The notes under the pieces are model-generated. The model was not told the origin of the DNA and did not search any database. It was given only the letters and a program-made list of their open reading frames with translations. 64,000 bases of DNA from NCBI GenBank assembly GCA_034530615.2, contig JAVRCV020000061.1, positions 25,838-89,837 on the forward strand, read 5' to 3'. How positions within the stretch are numbered: position 1 is the first letter of the stretch; every line of letters begins with the position of its first letter. Below are positions 10,471-19,655 of this stretch, one piece after another. Made by a program: the position numbers and the translations under genes. Origin of the DNA: Aulosira sp. ZfuVER01. Lineage in GTDB: Bacteria > Cyanobacteriota > Cyanobacteriia > Cyanobacteriales > Nostocaceae.

Positions 10471-11307
10471 TTAAAAATTGACATTAATAATTTCTTCTCT
10501 TAACGTTTTCCATTCTGGAAGCCAAGTCCAAACATTTTCCGCTCGTTCTATTCTTGAAACAATTTTTTCTAAAAAAACAGGAATTGGACTTCTAACCGCT
10601 GGGTTAGTTGGCTCAAATCCAAATTTAGTTAGTTGATTCCGCATCATCCACAGTAAGTCTTTGCCTGCAAAAAAGGTCAAGTAATTTTCAAACCGAAATC
10701 CACCAGAACTAAATGAAGGAAGCAACTCTTCAAATTTATTTAAAACGTTTTCTGGTGTAACAATACGATCCCCTCTGTTCTGCTGAACTATTTGCCGTAT
10801 GTTTTCCCTACAAGCCTCAGAGTTTAATCGTCTGGGGAAAAAATGATCTGATCCAAAGACTTGCGTAATTTGCTCGCCCCAAAAGTTTTTGAATTTAAAG
10901 CAGGCTAGGGCAGTACGAGCTGCTGTGTACTTTGCAATTTCTGTTGCAGCTTGATTGAGAGCTTCATTGTAAACTTCTATAGGTGGTGCTTTGGTTCCTA
11001 AAGCATTTTGCATAACTACTGGATCAATCAAATAATTTTCTATTTCTTTTCTTTGCCACTTCCAACCCACATATACTCCTTGATAATTGTAAGAAAGCGG
11101 TGAGTTTGTTGGCGTGAAGTCATAATCGTCAAAGTCTCGATCAACTATTCCAGCTAGATTTGGATTGATTACTCTGTCGGCGATAATTTTCTCTATAAAA
11201 TTTCTTCCACCGAGGGGGCGAATCTCACATTTGGGCAGAAGTTGACGAATAACTCTTATATCGTAGCTTCCAGAGTTGCCTTCACAGTAAATAACGTTTA
11301 CAGACAC
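10471..11307 (-). CDS. TOPRIM-like protein (DUF4435/AriB-like)
   Basis: IYCEG...D, GIVDRDFD (DxD) and RKEIENYLI; GTG at 11307 after a GAGGGA RBS overlaps the ATPase stop. Confidence 0.72.
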   Translation of the reverse strand: MSVNVIYCEGNSGSYDIRVIRQLLPKCEIRPLGGRNFIEKIIADRVINPNLAGIVDRDFDDYDFTPTNSPLSYNYQGVYVGWKWQRKEIENYLIDPVVMQNALGTKAPPIEVYNEALNQAATEIAKYTAARTALACFKFKNFWGEQITQVFGSDHFFPRRLNSEACRENIRQIVQQNRGDRIVTPENVLNKFEELLPSFSSGGFRFENYLTFFAGKDLLWMMRNQLTKFGFEPTNPAVRSPIPVFLEKIVSRIERAENVWTWLPEWKTLREEIINVNF

Positions 11308-12401
11308 AATACTCCCTCTGATAGGCGATATGTGTCGCTTTGACCAATGACATTGCTGACAGTTTCGGAGTGAGTTGTGACAAGAAACTGGCAAGTTGGC
11401 TCAATCTTAAGTAGTTGACCAATCAAAAATTGGGCTGTTGGGGGATGCAAATTCAAGTCTATTTCATCAATTAGTACAACTGAGTATGCAATTTGCTGTC
11501 TAACAAACTCATATAGGATTGGAAAGATTGATTGCTCACCTGCAGACATTTCAACAAGGTCATAGGTGCGATTTCCATCACTCAAGAGGAAGTACGTACT
11601 CTCTTCTGTAGGCGAATCTATACTCGGTAAATTTTCTAGACCCCAAAAGGAACGATCGGGGAATATCTTTTTATATAGTCGTTCTAACTGACTGAGGTAA
11701 TTATTCCCAGAACTGATGCCAGCTTCTTGCTTACGTCTCCACTCAATCAGATATTGCCGTAAACGACCAACACCTGACTCAAAAGAAATTCCACTGCTAA
11801 AGTCTTTGGCACTTTCTCCTCCTTCTTGGTTAGTATTCGATCCCAAATTACGAAATTGATCAAACCAAAAAACTCCTGGAAGTTTAGAGAAATAATGGCG
11901 AACAGATTGATCGCCTCGATTGATAAACCATTGTGCATAGTAGCGTCCGCGGAATTGAGCACGTTCCTGGGGTGTATTGCCAGCTTTCCAGTAATCCCCA
12001 CTTAGTACAACTTTGACTATATGGCTGTTGCCTGGCGTTACAAAGTCTCGATCTGAACGAAACTCCTGTGGCTGTGACTCATACCATCTTTTAGCAATTT
12101 CACGAGTTGCTTCCAGTTCTTCTTGTTCAAAAGATATCTCCAATTCAATTCTTGGGGTTCCCCATCGCCAGTAGCGTCCTGGTAGAAATCCAATCCAATC
12201 AAACTCAGAAAAGCTCTGAATCCTTCCAGTTGCTAGTGCTAATGGCAGGGCAACTGCCTGTAACAATGTCGTCTTGCCAGAACCATTGTCTCCTAAAATT
12301 AGGAAGCGATCGCTGGCTTCATTAAGAGTTTTGTTTTTAAAAGAAACTGTCAAAGCTCCAAATTTTTTGAAGTTTTCAATGGAGATGGATTCTACCTTCA
12401 C
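11298..12401 (-). CDS. ABC/AAA_21-type ATPase (AriA-like)
   Basis: Walker A GDNGSGKT, signature MSAGEQ, Walker B VLIDEIDLNLHP, H-loop TTHS. Confidence 0.88.
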   Translation of the reverse strand: MKVESISIENFKKFGALTVSFKNKTLNEASDRFLILGDNGSGKTTLLQAVALPLALATGRIQSFSEFDWIGFLPGRYWRWGTPRIELEISFEQEELEATREIAKRWYESQPQEFRSDRDFVTPGNSHIVKVVLSGDYWKAGNTPQERAQFRGRYYAQWFINRGDQSVRHYFSKLPGVFWFDQFRNLGSNTNQEGGESAKDFSSGISFESGVGRLRQYLIEWRRKQEAGISSGNNYLSQLERLYKKIFPDRSFWGLENLPSIDSPTEESTYFLLSDGNRTYDLVEMSAGEQSIFPILYEFVRQQIAYSVVLIDEIDLNLHPPTAQFLIGQLLKIEPTCQFLVTTHSETVSNVIGQSDTYRLSEGVLCL

Positions 12402-12511
12402 CTGTCTTTTACTCTCCTATCTGGTAGTTAACACCAATCATATCTTTATCCCTACAAGGCTGCATTTTAAAGGTTGAAAAGACAATTTTTAAGTTTGCGA
12501 TCGCCTATATT

Positions 12512-12585
12512 GAGTATCAAAGCCTCATTAATGGAGCAAAAAGCCTCATTAATGGAGTTCCGAGCTTCATTCACGAGTATCAAAG
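12512..12585. repeat. 21-bp-period tandem array (3.5 units)
   Basis: gagtatcaaagcctcattaat / ggagcaaaaagcctcattaat / ggagttccgagcttcattcac / gagtatcaaag. Confidence 0.85.
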
Positions 12586-12599
12586 ATAAATCTTTCGCT

Positions 12600-15500
12600 T
12601 TAATTTTCTACTGCACCCAGTGCTTTCAGTGTGGCTATCTGTGCTGCGGTTAAACCTGTCACTCCGGTGATATTCATACCCTCATAAGGTCTTTCAACTT
12701 GCAGGGTTTTGAAGCATTCACCTGTGTTGACATTCCATAATTTTATTGTCCCATCGCCGCTACCGCTAGCTAGGGTTTGACCGTTGGGATGAAATGCAAC
12801 TGACCAAACTCTATTAGTATGTGCTTGTAAAGTATGGATGCATTTGCCGTCATTGACTGACCATAGCCTGACTGTTTGGTCATCACCGCTACTGGCTAAG
12901 GTTTTACCATCGGGACTAAATGCTACTGACCAAATCCAATTAGTGTGTCCTTGAAAAATTTTCAGGCATTTACCATCTTTGAGTGACCATAGCCTGACTG
13001 TTTGGTCATTACCGCCACTAGCTAAAAGTTGAGCATCTGGACTGAATGATATTGGCCCAACTGGGCCAGTGTGTCCTTGTAAAACTTGGAAGCATTTGCC
13101 ATCATTGGCTGACCGCAACCTAACTGTTAGGTCATAACCAGCGCTAGCTATAATTTGTCCATTGGGACTAAATGCTACTGACCATACCTGATTGCTATTT
13201 TCTGGCCAAACTTGCAGACACTTACCATTATTAACAGACCATAGCCTGATTGTGCTGTCATAATTGGCGCTGGCTAAGATGTCACCATCAGGGCTAAATG
13301 CTATTGACCCGACTTTATGAGTATGTTCTGCTAAAATTTTCAGAAACTCACCATTTCTAACCGACCATAACCTGATTGTGCGGTCATAGCTACAACTAGC
13401 TAAAATCTCTCCATTAGGGCTGAAAGCAACTGACCGTACTTGCTGAGTATGTCCGTTTAAAGTTTTGCGGCATTGATTATTACTGAGTGTCCAAAGCCTG
13501 ACTTTTTGGTCGAAACCACCACTGGCTAAAGATTGACCATCGGGGCTGAAGGCTACTGATTCTACATCATTAAGGTAGCCTTGAAAAACTTTGAGGCATT
13601 GACCATCACTGACTGACCACAGCCTCATTGTTTGGTCATAACCACCACTAGCTAAAATTTTACCATCGGGGCTGAATGCAACTGACCAGACGTGATCGCT
13701 ATGTCCTTGGAGAATTTGGTAACATTCACCGTCATTAACTGACCATAGCCTCACAGTTTGGTCGTAACTACCACTGGCTACAGTTTGACTATCAGGGCTA
13801 AACCTAACTGACAAAACTCTATTGGTATGTCCCTGAAGAACTTGCAAGCACTTACCATTACTAACCGACCATAGCCTCACTGTTTCATCATGACTGCCGC
13901 TAGCCAGAATCTTACCATCAGGACTGAATGCTACTGACCGCAGCCCATCAGTATGTCCCTGGAAGATTTGCAAACATTGGCCGTCACTAACTGACCAAAG
14001 TCTGACTGTTTTGTCAAAACTCCCACTAATGACAGTTTGACTATCAGGACTAAAGGCAACTGACCAAATTGTATGAGCATGTCCTAGGAGAACTTGCAAA
14101 CACTTACCGTCATTCACTGACCAAATTCTCAAGCTTTGGTCAACACTGCCACTCACTAAAAGTTGACCATCTGGACTATATGCTATCGACTCTATGCGAT
14201 CGCTATGTCCCTGTAAAGTTTGGATGCATTTCCCATCTTTGACTGACCAGAGTTTTACTGTTTGGTCAACGCTACCACTGGCTAAAATTTGCCCATCAGG
14301 GCTAAATGCGACTGACCGGACAAAACCTGTATGACCTTTGCAAATTAAAATTTGTTGACCATCTTCTATTTGCCATAGGCGAATTTCGCCATTAGCATCA
14401 CCTGTAGCTAAAATCTTGCCATCGGGACTGAAGGCGACTGAGAAAATAGTCGCCAAAATATCAGTAAAAACTGACCTATCGAAAGCCGCATTAGCTAAGT
14501 TTAGCTGCTGCAAATTCTCGCCCTTTAGGTATGCTTGCCAAAGTGTGAGTTGAGAAAAATCATAATTGCTTAAATCTGTTTGCAGGTAGCATAGCAAATT
14601 TAAAATATTACCGCCTATATATCCCGGTTGATGGGGAAATTTTTCCTGTAATGTTGAGAGTATTTCAGTTAACTTTTTTTCAATTTTTTTATTGCTTCCC
14701 AGTAAATCAAGTAACCTTTCAACCAGGGGTTTAATGATGAGACGAATTTGGGCTTCTCGAATGTAATCTTTGGCAGTCGCTTTCATCAAAGCATAGCGAT
14801 TGAACAAGGCAATTTCCCCACCAATGATATTTTCAGCTACTTCTGCAATTAAGCGATCGCTCAAATATTCCATTACCACAGGTTGCAGGGTAAACAGAGC
14901 ATTACTTTTCTCGATCAGCGATCGTCTAACTAATGACTGCAACGCCTCAACCAAATTAGATTGCGATTGTAGGGCAACAATATCCTCGCGTAATTCTGCA
15001 ATTCCCACAGGTTCGCGATTAATTGCCAGCCAATACATCACCTCTGTTTCTAAATCTGATAGGCGGTGAAATTGCTGATCTAAAAGCTGACGAATTCCCC
15101 CAAAAACTACAGTATCTTGTGATAAAAATGCTGAAATACTACTATCAAATAATTCTTTAATTGTCGTGGAAATTATTTTTAATGCTAAGGGATGACCTTT
15201 ATAAAATTCAATAAGTTTAACTTGTTCTGGTTCTGTACCTGAAAGTCCTTGAGTATGAAAGATTTCTTCTCCGTCTACTGCTTTTAACCCAGTGAGTTGC
15301 AAAGCACGTACTGGTAAAGTTTCGCCCTCTGACGCAGCAACTTCTTGGGGTTTTTCTCTACTGGTAAGGATTAAGCAACTTTGATGATTGGTAGCGCCAA
15401 TGCGTCTGAAAAGTTCGCCGTAGGCTTCATAGTCTTGGCGATAGGCTAAAGCACCTGATTGAAAAATTGACTCAGCATTATCTAGTATCAGCAGACAGCG

Positions 15501-16001
15501 TGATGAACGGAGATATTCAATAAGTAACGAAATTCTCTCTCCCACATCCTGCGGTAAATCGATTTGCTGTTGGTGAGAGATAAACTTAATCAATTCTGCC
15601 AGAATATCTTGGATGGGTGGCGCATTTCTCAGACTGCGCCAGATTACATAGTCAAATTCCCCTTGAATCTTTTGCGCCAGCTTAATAGATAGAGAAGTTT
15701 TGCCAATTCCCCCCATCCCCAACACCGCCACTATACGACAGCGTTCTTGCAAAACCCAATTTTCTAGTTTGGCAAGTTCTTCAGCGCGTCCATAAAAAAC
15801 TGATACATCAACAGCCTCACCCCAATCAACGCGATGTGAGGTTTGAGGTTTTAACTGTGGAGTAGGTTTTGTCTTGTCTACTTGTTCAACTGCTAGCTGT
15901 CTCTCACGCCGTTTATCTATGTAGTCTAGAACTTGCACCGTGCTAGCAATAAAGCCGATTAAGCCCACAATAAAGCCGATGGTAGCGGAGATAGGGTCCA
16001 T
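12600..16001 (-). CDS. NB-ARC (STAND) NTPase with WD40 repeats
   Basis: [30 protein letters not shown] and GHPLAL; about 14 WD40 repeats; ATG 16001 chosen because the upstream TTG lies in STRR DNA. Confidence 0.93.
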   Translation of the reverse strand: MDPISATIGFIVGLIGFIASTVQVLDYIDKRRERQLAVEQVDKTKPTPQLKPQTSHRVDWGEAVDVSVFYGRAEELAKLENWVLQERCRIVAVLGMGGIGKTSLSIKLAQKIQGEFDYVIWRSLRNAPPIQDILAELIKFISHQQQIDLPQDVGERISLLIEYLRSSRCLLILDNAESIFQSGALAYRQDYEAYGELFRRIGATNHQSCLILTSREKPQEVAASEGETLPVRALQLTGLKAVDGEEIFHTQGLSGTEPEQVKLIEFYKGHPLALKIISTTIKELFDSSISAFLSQDTVVFGGIRQLLDQQFHRLSDLETEVMYWLAINREPVGIAELREDIVALQSQSNLVEALQSLVRRSLIEKSNALFTLQPVVMEYLSDRLIAEVAENIIGGEIALFNRYALMKATAKDYIREAQIRLIIKPLVERLLDLLGSNKKIEKKLTEILSTLQEKFPHQPGYIGGNILNLLCYLQTDLSNYDFSQLTLWQAYLKGENLQQLNLANAAFDRSVFTDILATIFSVAFSPDGKILATGDANGEIRLWQIEDGQQILICKGHTGFVRSVAFSPDGQILASGSVDQTVKLWSVKDGKCIQTLQGHSDRIESIAYSPDGQLLVSGSVDQSLRIWSVNDGKCLQVLLGHAHTIWSVAFSPDSQTVISGSFDKTVRLWSVSDGQCLQIFQGHTDGLRSVAFSPDGKILASGSHDETVRLWSVSNGKCLQVLQGHTNRVLSVRFSPDSQTVASGSYDQTVRLWSVNDGECYQILQGHSDHVWSVAFSPDGKILASGGYDQTMRLWSVSDGQCLKVFQGYLNDVESVAFSPDGQSLASGGFDQKVRLWTLSNNQCRKTLNGHTQQVRSVAFSPNGEILASCSYDRTIRLWSVRNGEFLKILAEHTHKVGSIAFSPDGDILASANYDSTIRLWSVNNGKCLQVWPENSNQVWSVAFSPNGQIIASAGYDLTVRLRSANDGKCFQVLQGHTGPVGPISFSPDAQLLASGGNDQTVRLWSLKDGKCLKIFQGHTNWIWSVAFSPDGKTLASSGDDQTVRLWSVNDGKCIHTLQAHTNRVWSVAFHPNGQTLASGSGDGTIKLWNVNTGECFKTLQVERPYEGMNITGVTGLTAAQIATLKALGAVEN

Positions 16002-16008
16002 GTTAAGC

Positions 16009-16085
16009 AATTCAAAATTCAAAATTCGTCTTGGAAAGTTCTGATCGGAGGAAACCTCCGCTCAGACTTTCCGCAAAATTCAAAA
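16009..16085. repeat. Hairpin element nested in an AATTCAA heptamer run
   Basis: ggaaagttctgatcggaggaaacctccgctcagactttcc stem-loop (16033-16072) flanked by aattcaa repeats. Confidence 0.7.
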
Positions 16086-16285
16086 CCTATATTTAATAGG
16101 TATTTGGCTACTGACTGTATGCAAATTAAATAATGTGGAACAGCTTATCAGTGCTTGAGTCAGGGTATTGCTCTGATAAATTTAACATTTTCGTAAATTT
16201 GCGGCAGTCTACTTTGGTGGGATTTTTAATAAAATAGCGATCGCCAATACGAATAAATGCACAGGAAGTATTTATCATAGATCAC

Positions 16286-18337
16286 ATGGCTGATAGATAC
16301 TTAGCTACGAGCTACTGCCTCAATCCCAGTTGCTATAACCCCATCAACCCAGATGATACTCATTTCTGTCAAAGTTGTGGGACAAAACTTATACCCTTGC
16401 TGCGGAATCGCTATCGGATTATTCAACCACTGGGAGGCGGTGGATTTGGCAGAACTTTCTTAGCAGAAGATGAAGATAAGCTCAAAGAACATTGTGTTGT
16501 CAAGCAGCTAGCGCCGCAAATCCAAGGAACTAACGCCTTGCATAAAGCCACAGAACTGTTTCACGAAGAAGCACGGCGTTTGCAACAATTAGGAGAGCAT
16601 CCCCAAATACCCACTTTGTATGCTTACTTTGGTGAAGATCGGTATTTGTATTTGGTACAACAGTTCATCCAAGGACAAAGTTTAAGGCAGGAGTTGATAC
16701 AGCAGGGAACTTTTAACGAAACAAAAATTTGGGAAGTTTTAGGTAAATTACTTCCTGTATTGAAATTTGTCCACGAAAATCAGGTAATTCACCGCGATAT
16801 TAAACCAGATAACATTATGCGTCGCTCCCCCCACTCATCCAAAGGAACCGGGGGGAATTTGGTGTTGATTGATTTTGGTGTCGCCAAGCAGTTAACAGCA
16901 AATTCTGTAGAACAGACAGGTACAAGCATTGGTTCTTATGGTTACGCACCCCTAGAACAAATGAAGTATGGTTTTGCTTACCCAGCTAGCGACTTATTCA
17001 GTTTAGGAGTGACTTGCTTTTCGCTGTTGACGGGAATTCAGCCATCTCATTTGTATATGGAAACAGGCTATGGCTGGGTGAAAAGTTGGCGAGAACATCT
17101 CAAGTCTCCCATATCTGCAAAATTAGAGCAGGTGTTAGATAAGTTATTACAAAAAGAGCTTGAACAGCGCTATCAGTCAGCAGATGCAGTTCTGGAAAAT
17201 TTGCCTAACCAACCACTACAAGCTGCTGTACCACAGGATCGTGTAGTTCTGCCAAAGGTTTCAAAGATTAGCCTGACCCCTTCAACTACTATTAGCAGCA
17301 TAATTAAGCCCAAATTCCAGTTACCTTATCAATTAATAATGGGGGGTGTCGCCCTGCTTGTGGGATTAGGGGTATATATGCATTGGCGCAATTTGCCCCT
17401 TACCGGACATAAAGGCGAAGTTAATTCCGTAGCTTTTAGCCCCTTACCTGCCTATCCTGCATCTCAAAGTCAGCAAACAAACGTCGCAAGTTTGCCACTA
17501 CCTCAAATCGCTATTGGACAAGAAGGAATATTAGCTAGCGGTAGCGATGATAGTACTGTTAAAATTTGGAACCTCAAGCAAAAACAAGTAGTCCGCACCC
17601 TCAAAGCAAATTCGGGCTGGGTGTATACTGTAGCGATTAGCCCAGATGGTCAAAGTGCGATCGCAGGTTATCAAGACAAAACTATCAAACTCTGGAATCT
17701 CAGCACCGGAGAGGAAATTCGCACCCTCAAAGGGCATCAGGCTTTGGTAAATTCTGTTGCCATTAGCTCAGATGGTCAAACTGTTGTCAGTGGCAGCTAC
17801 GATAAAACTATTAAAATCTGGGATTTCGCTACAGGAAAGGAACTTCGCACACTCAAGGGGCATACAGGGGAAGTTTTATCTGTTGCCATCAGCCCCAATG
17901 GTGAGAAAATTGCCAGTGCTAGTGCAGATAGAACTATCAAAATTTGGCAGCTAAAAACAGGTAAAGAAATACATCCTATTCGCGGTCATTCCCTCGATGT
18001 TAACGCCTTAGCTATCAGCCCCAATGGCCAGTTGTTAGCCAGCGCCAGCGATGACAAAACCATTAAACTGTGGAACCTGAATACAGGTAAACACATCCGC
18101 ACCTTTGAAGGACATACAGCCGATGTGAATGCGATCGCTTTTAGCCCTAATGGCGAGTATATTGCTAGTGCTAGTGATGATAAAACTGTGAAAGTCTGGC
18201 AGCTAAATACAGGAGAGGCAATACAGACTTTTAAAGGTCATTCAGCCGAAGTTTACGCAGTTGCTTTTAATCCCGGTGGTAAAACTTTAGTTAGCGGTAG
18301 TAAGGATAAGACTATCAATATTTGGCAATTGCCGTAG
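16286..18337 (+). CDS. Ser/Thr protein kinase with C-terminal WD40 repeats
   Basis: N-terminal CLNPSC..CQSCG Zn ribbon; GGGGFG, HRDIKPDN and DFG; one TM helix; about 7 WD40 repeats. Confidence 0.93.
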   Translation: MADRYLATSYCLNPSCYNPINPDDTHFCQSCGTKLIPLLRNRYRIIQPLGGGGFGRTFLAEDEDKLKEHCVVKQLAPQIQGTNALHKATELFHEEARRLQQLGEHPQIPTLYAYFGEDRYLYLVQQFIQGQSLRQELIQQGTFNETKIWEVLGKLLPVLKFVHENQVIHRDIKPDNIMRRSPHSSKGTGGNLVLIDFGVAKQLTANSVEQTGTSIGSYGYAPLEQMKYGFAYPASDLFSLGVTCFSLLTGIQPSHLYMETGYGWVKSWREHLKSPISAKLEQVLDKLLQKELEQRYQSADAVLENLPNQPLQAAVPQDRVVLPKVSKISLTPSTTISSIIKPKFQLPYQLIMGGVALLVGLGVYMHWRNLPLTGHKGEVNSVAFSPLPAYPASQSQQTNVASLPLPQIAIGQEGILASGSDDSTVKIWNLKQKQVVRTLKANSGWVYTVAISPDGQSAIAGYQDKTIKLWNLSTGEEIRTLKGHQALVNSVAISSDGQTVVSGSYDKTIKIWDFATGKELRTLKGHTGEVLSVAISPNGEKIASASADRTIKIWQLKTGKEIHPIRGHSLDVNALAISPNGQLLASASDDKTIKLWNLNTGKHIRTFEGHTADVNAIAFSPNGEYIASASDDKTVKVWQLNTGEAIQTFKGHSAEVYAVAFNPGGKTLVSGSKDKTINIWQLP

Positions 18338-18430
18338 ATTTTTTGGATATTTAACCACAGATAAACACCGATATTTATCTGTAGTTTTTTTTCTTATTCA
18401 GATTTGTGCAAGATAAGCACTCAGCGTTGA

Positions 18431-18447
18431 TTTCACTCTAATTTCAT
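18431..18447 (+). promoter_or_regulatory. CopR-type direct repeat upstream of the copM-like gene
   Basis: TTTCAC-N5-TTTCAT; a perfect second copy lies at 19561. Confidence 0.6.
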
Positions 18448-18524
18448 TTCTGGCTGTCAAACTATGTACTTGAGTGCAAAAGCCACGTTGTCAGCAATTA
18501 TCTCAGGAAAAATTACCGGAGGGC

Positions 18525-18556
18525 TTGACTCTCCACCCAACTAGAGATTGCTTAAT
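18525..18556 (+). promoter_or_regulatory. MerR-type long-spacer promoter
   Basis: TTGACT, a 20-nt spacer containing the imperfect dyad TCTCCA-N6-TAGAGA, then CTTAAT. Confidence 0.5.
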
Positions 18557-18585
18557 GAAATCAGGACACTATTGAAATCATCCTT

Positions 18586-19299
18586 ATGCAACTCCCTAAT
18601 CTGAAACACAACTTTTTGGTATTAAGCTTGATAGCGATCGCCTCTTTTTCCAGTAGTCTGTTAACATCTTGTTCTACAAATACTTCCCAAAGCCAAGCAC
18701 CAAACGCTACTACTACTGCCACTGATACTAGCGACAAACAACCGCTCAACCAGCATGGTGGAATGGATCACAGTGGTATGAACCACAACATGGCGATGGA
18801 TTTAGGCCCAGCCGATGCTAACTATGATTTACGCTTCATTGATGCAATGATTCCGCACCATCAGGGCGCAACCCTCATGGCTAAGGAAGCACAGCAAAAA
18901 TCAAAACGCCCAGAAATTAAAAAGCTAGCAGACGACATTATCAAAGCACAGAACCAAGAAATTACCCAGATGAAAAGCTGGCGCACAGCCTGGTATCCCA
19001 AAGCTGGAGATAAACCAATGGCTTATGATGCTCACAAGGGTCAGATGATGGAGATGTCATCCGAGCAAATGCAAGCCATGATGATGAACATGGACTTAGG
19101 CGCTGCTGATGCAGAATTTGACCTACGCTTTATCAACGCCATGATTCCACACCATGAAGCAGCCGTGGTTATGGCTAAAGATGCTTTGCAAAAATCTCAG
19201 CGATCGGAAATTAAGAACTTAGCTCAAGCGATTATCAAAGCACAAGATGCTGAAATTAACCAAATGAAACAGTGGCGAAAAGCTTGGTACAAAAAGTAA
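18586..19299 (+). CDS. DUF305 His/Met-rich lipoprotein (CopM-like)
   Basis: Lipobox LTSC; two DLRFIxAMIPHH repeats; HGGMDHSGMNHNM. Confidence 0.88.
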   Translation: MQLPNLKHNFLVLSLIAIASFSSSLLTSCSTNTSQSQAPNATTTATDTSDKQPLNQHGGMDHSGMNHNMAMDLGPADANYDLRFIDAMIPHHQGATLMAKEAQQKSKRPEIKKLADDIIKAQNQEITQMKSWRTAWYPKAGDKPMAYDAHKGQMMEMSSEQMQAMMMNMDLGAADAEFDLRFINAMIPHHEAAVVMAKDALQKSQRSEIKNLAQAIIKAQDAEINQMKQWRKAWYKK

Positions 19300-19337
19300 G
19301 TCTAGGTTTTCTTGGCGGTTGTTTTTAATTTCTTGTT

Positions 19338-19400
19338 GCAAGCTGATGCATTAACAATACAAGCCGACGTTTTAACAATACAGACCGATGCATTAACAAT
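19338..19400. repeat. 21-bp-period tandem array (3 units)
   Basis: gcaagctgatgcattaacaat / acaagccgacgttttaacaat / acagaccgatgcattaacaat. Confidence 0.85.
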
Positions 19401-19458
19401 GTATTTGTGTAGGGTGGGTATCCTCTATAACTTTATAGGCTTGGTGTTAAAACGAATT

Positions 19459-19522
19459 GTATGGGCACGGCGTCCATAATCTTTCGGCTCCTCCAATAAT
19501 TTTATCGGTGCCGTGCCCCTAC
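19459..19522. repeat. GTAG-family REP-like hairpin
   Basis: gtatgggcacggcg...tgccgtgcccctac inverted repeat. Confidence 0.7.
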
Positions 19523-19560
19523 CAGACATTGCATCTTATTTATAGTTTGTCATTTTTCAA

Positions 19561-19577
19561 TTTCATCACAATTTCAT
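19561..19577 (+). promoter_or_regulatory. CopR-type direct repeat upstream of the RND operon
   Basis: Perfect TTTCAT-cacaa-TTTCAT about 80 bp upstream of the MFP start. Confidence 0.65.
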
Positions 19578-19655
19578 TTTGAGATGAAAGACTGGAAATC
19601 AGGTGAACACAGCTAGCTTTGTTTACACTCCCATACTGAAAAATTCCTGATAGCG

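Noticed and set aside
11308..11394. Longer start for the TOPRIM ORF
   Set aside because: Lies inside the ATPase gene; GTG 11307 has an RBS and begins the domain
12650..14450. ~126-bp DNA repeats as a diversity-generating or mobile array
   Set aside because: Explained by WD40 coding repeats; no reverse transcriptase or template repeat in the window
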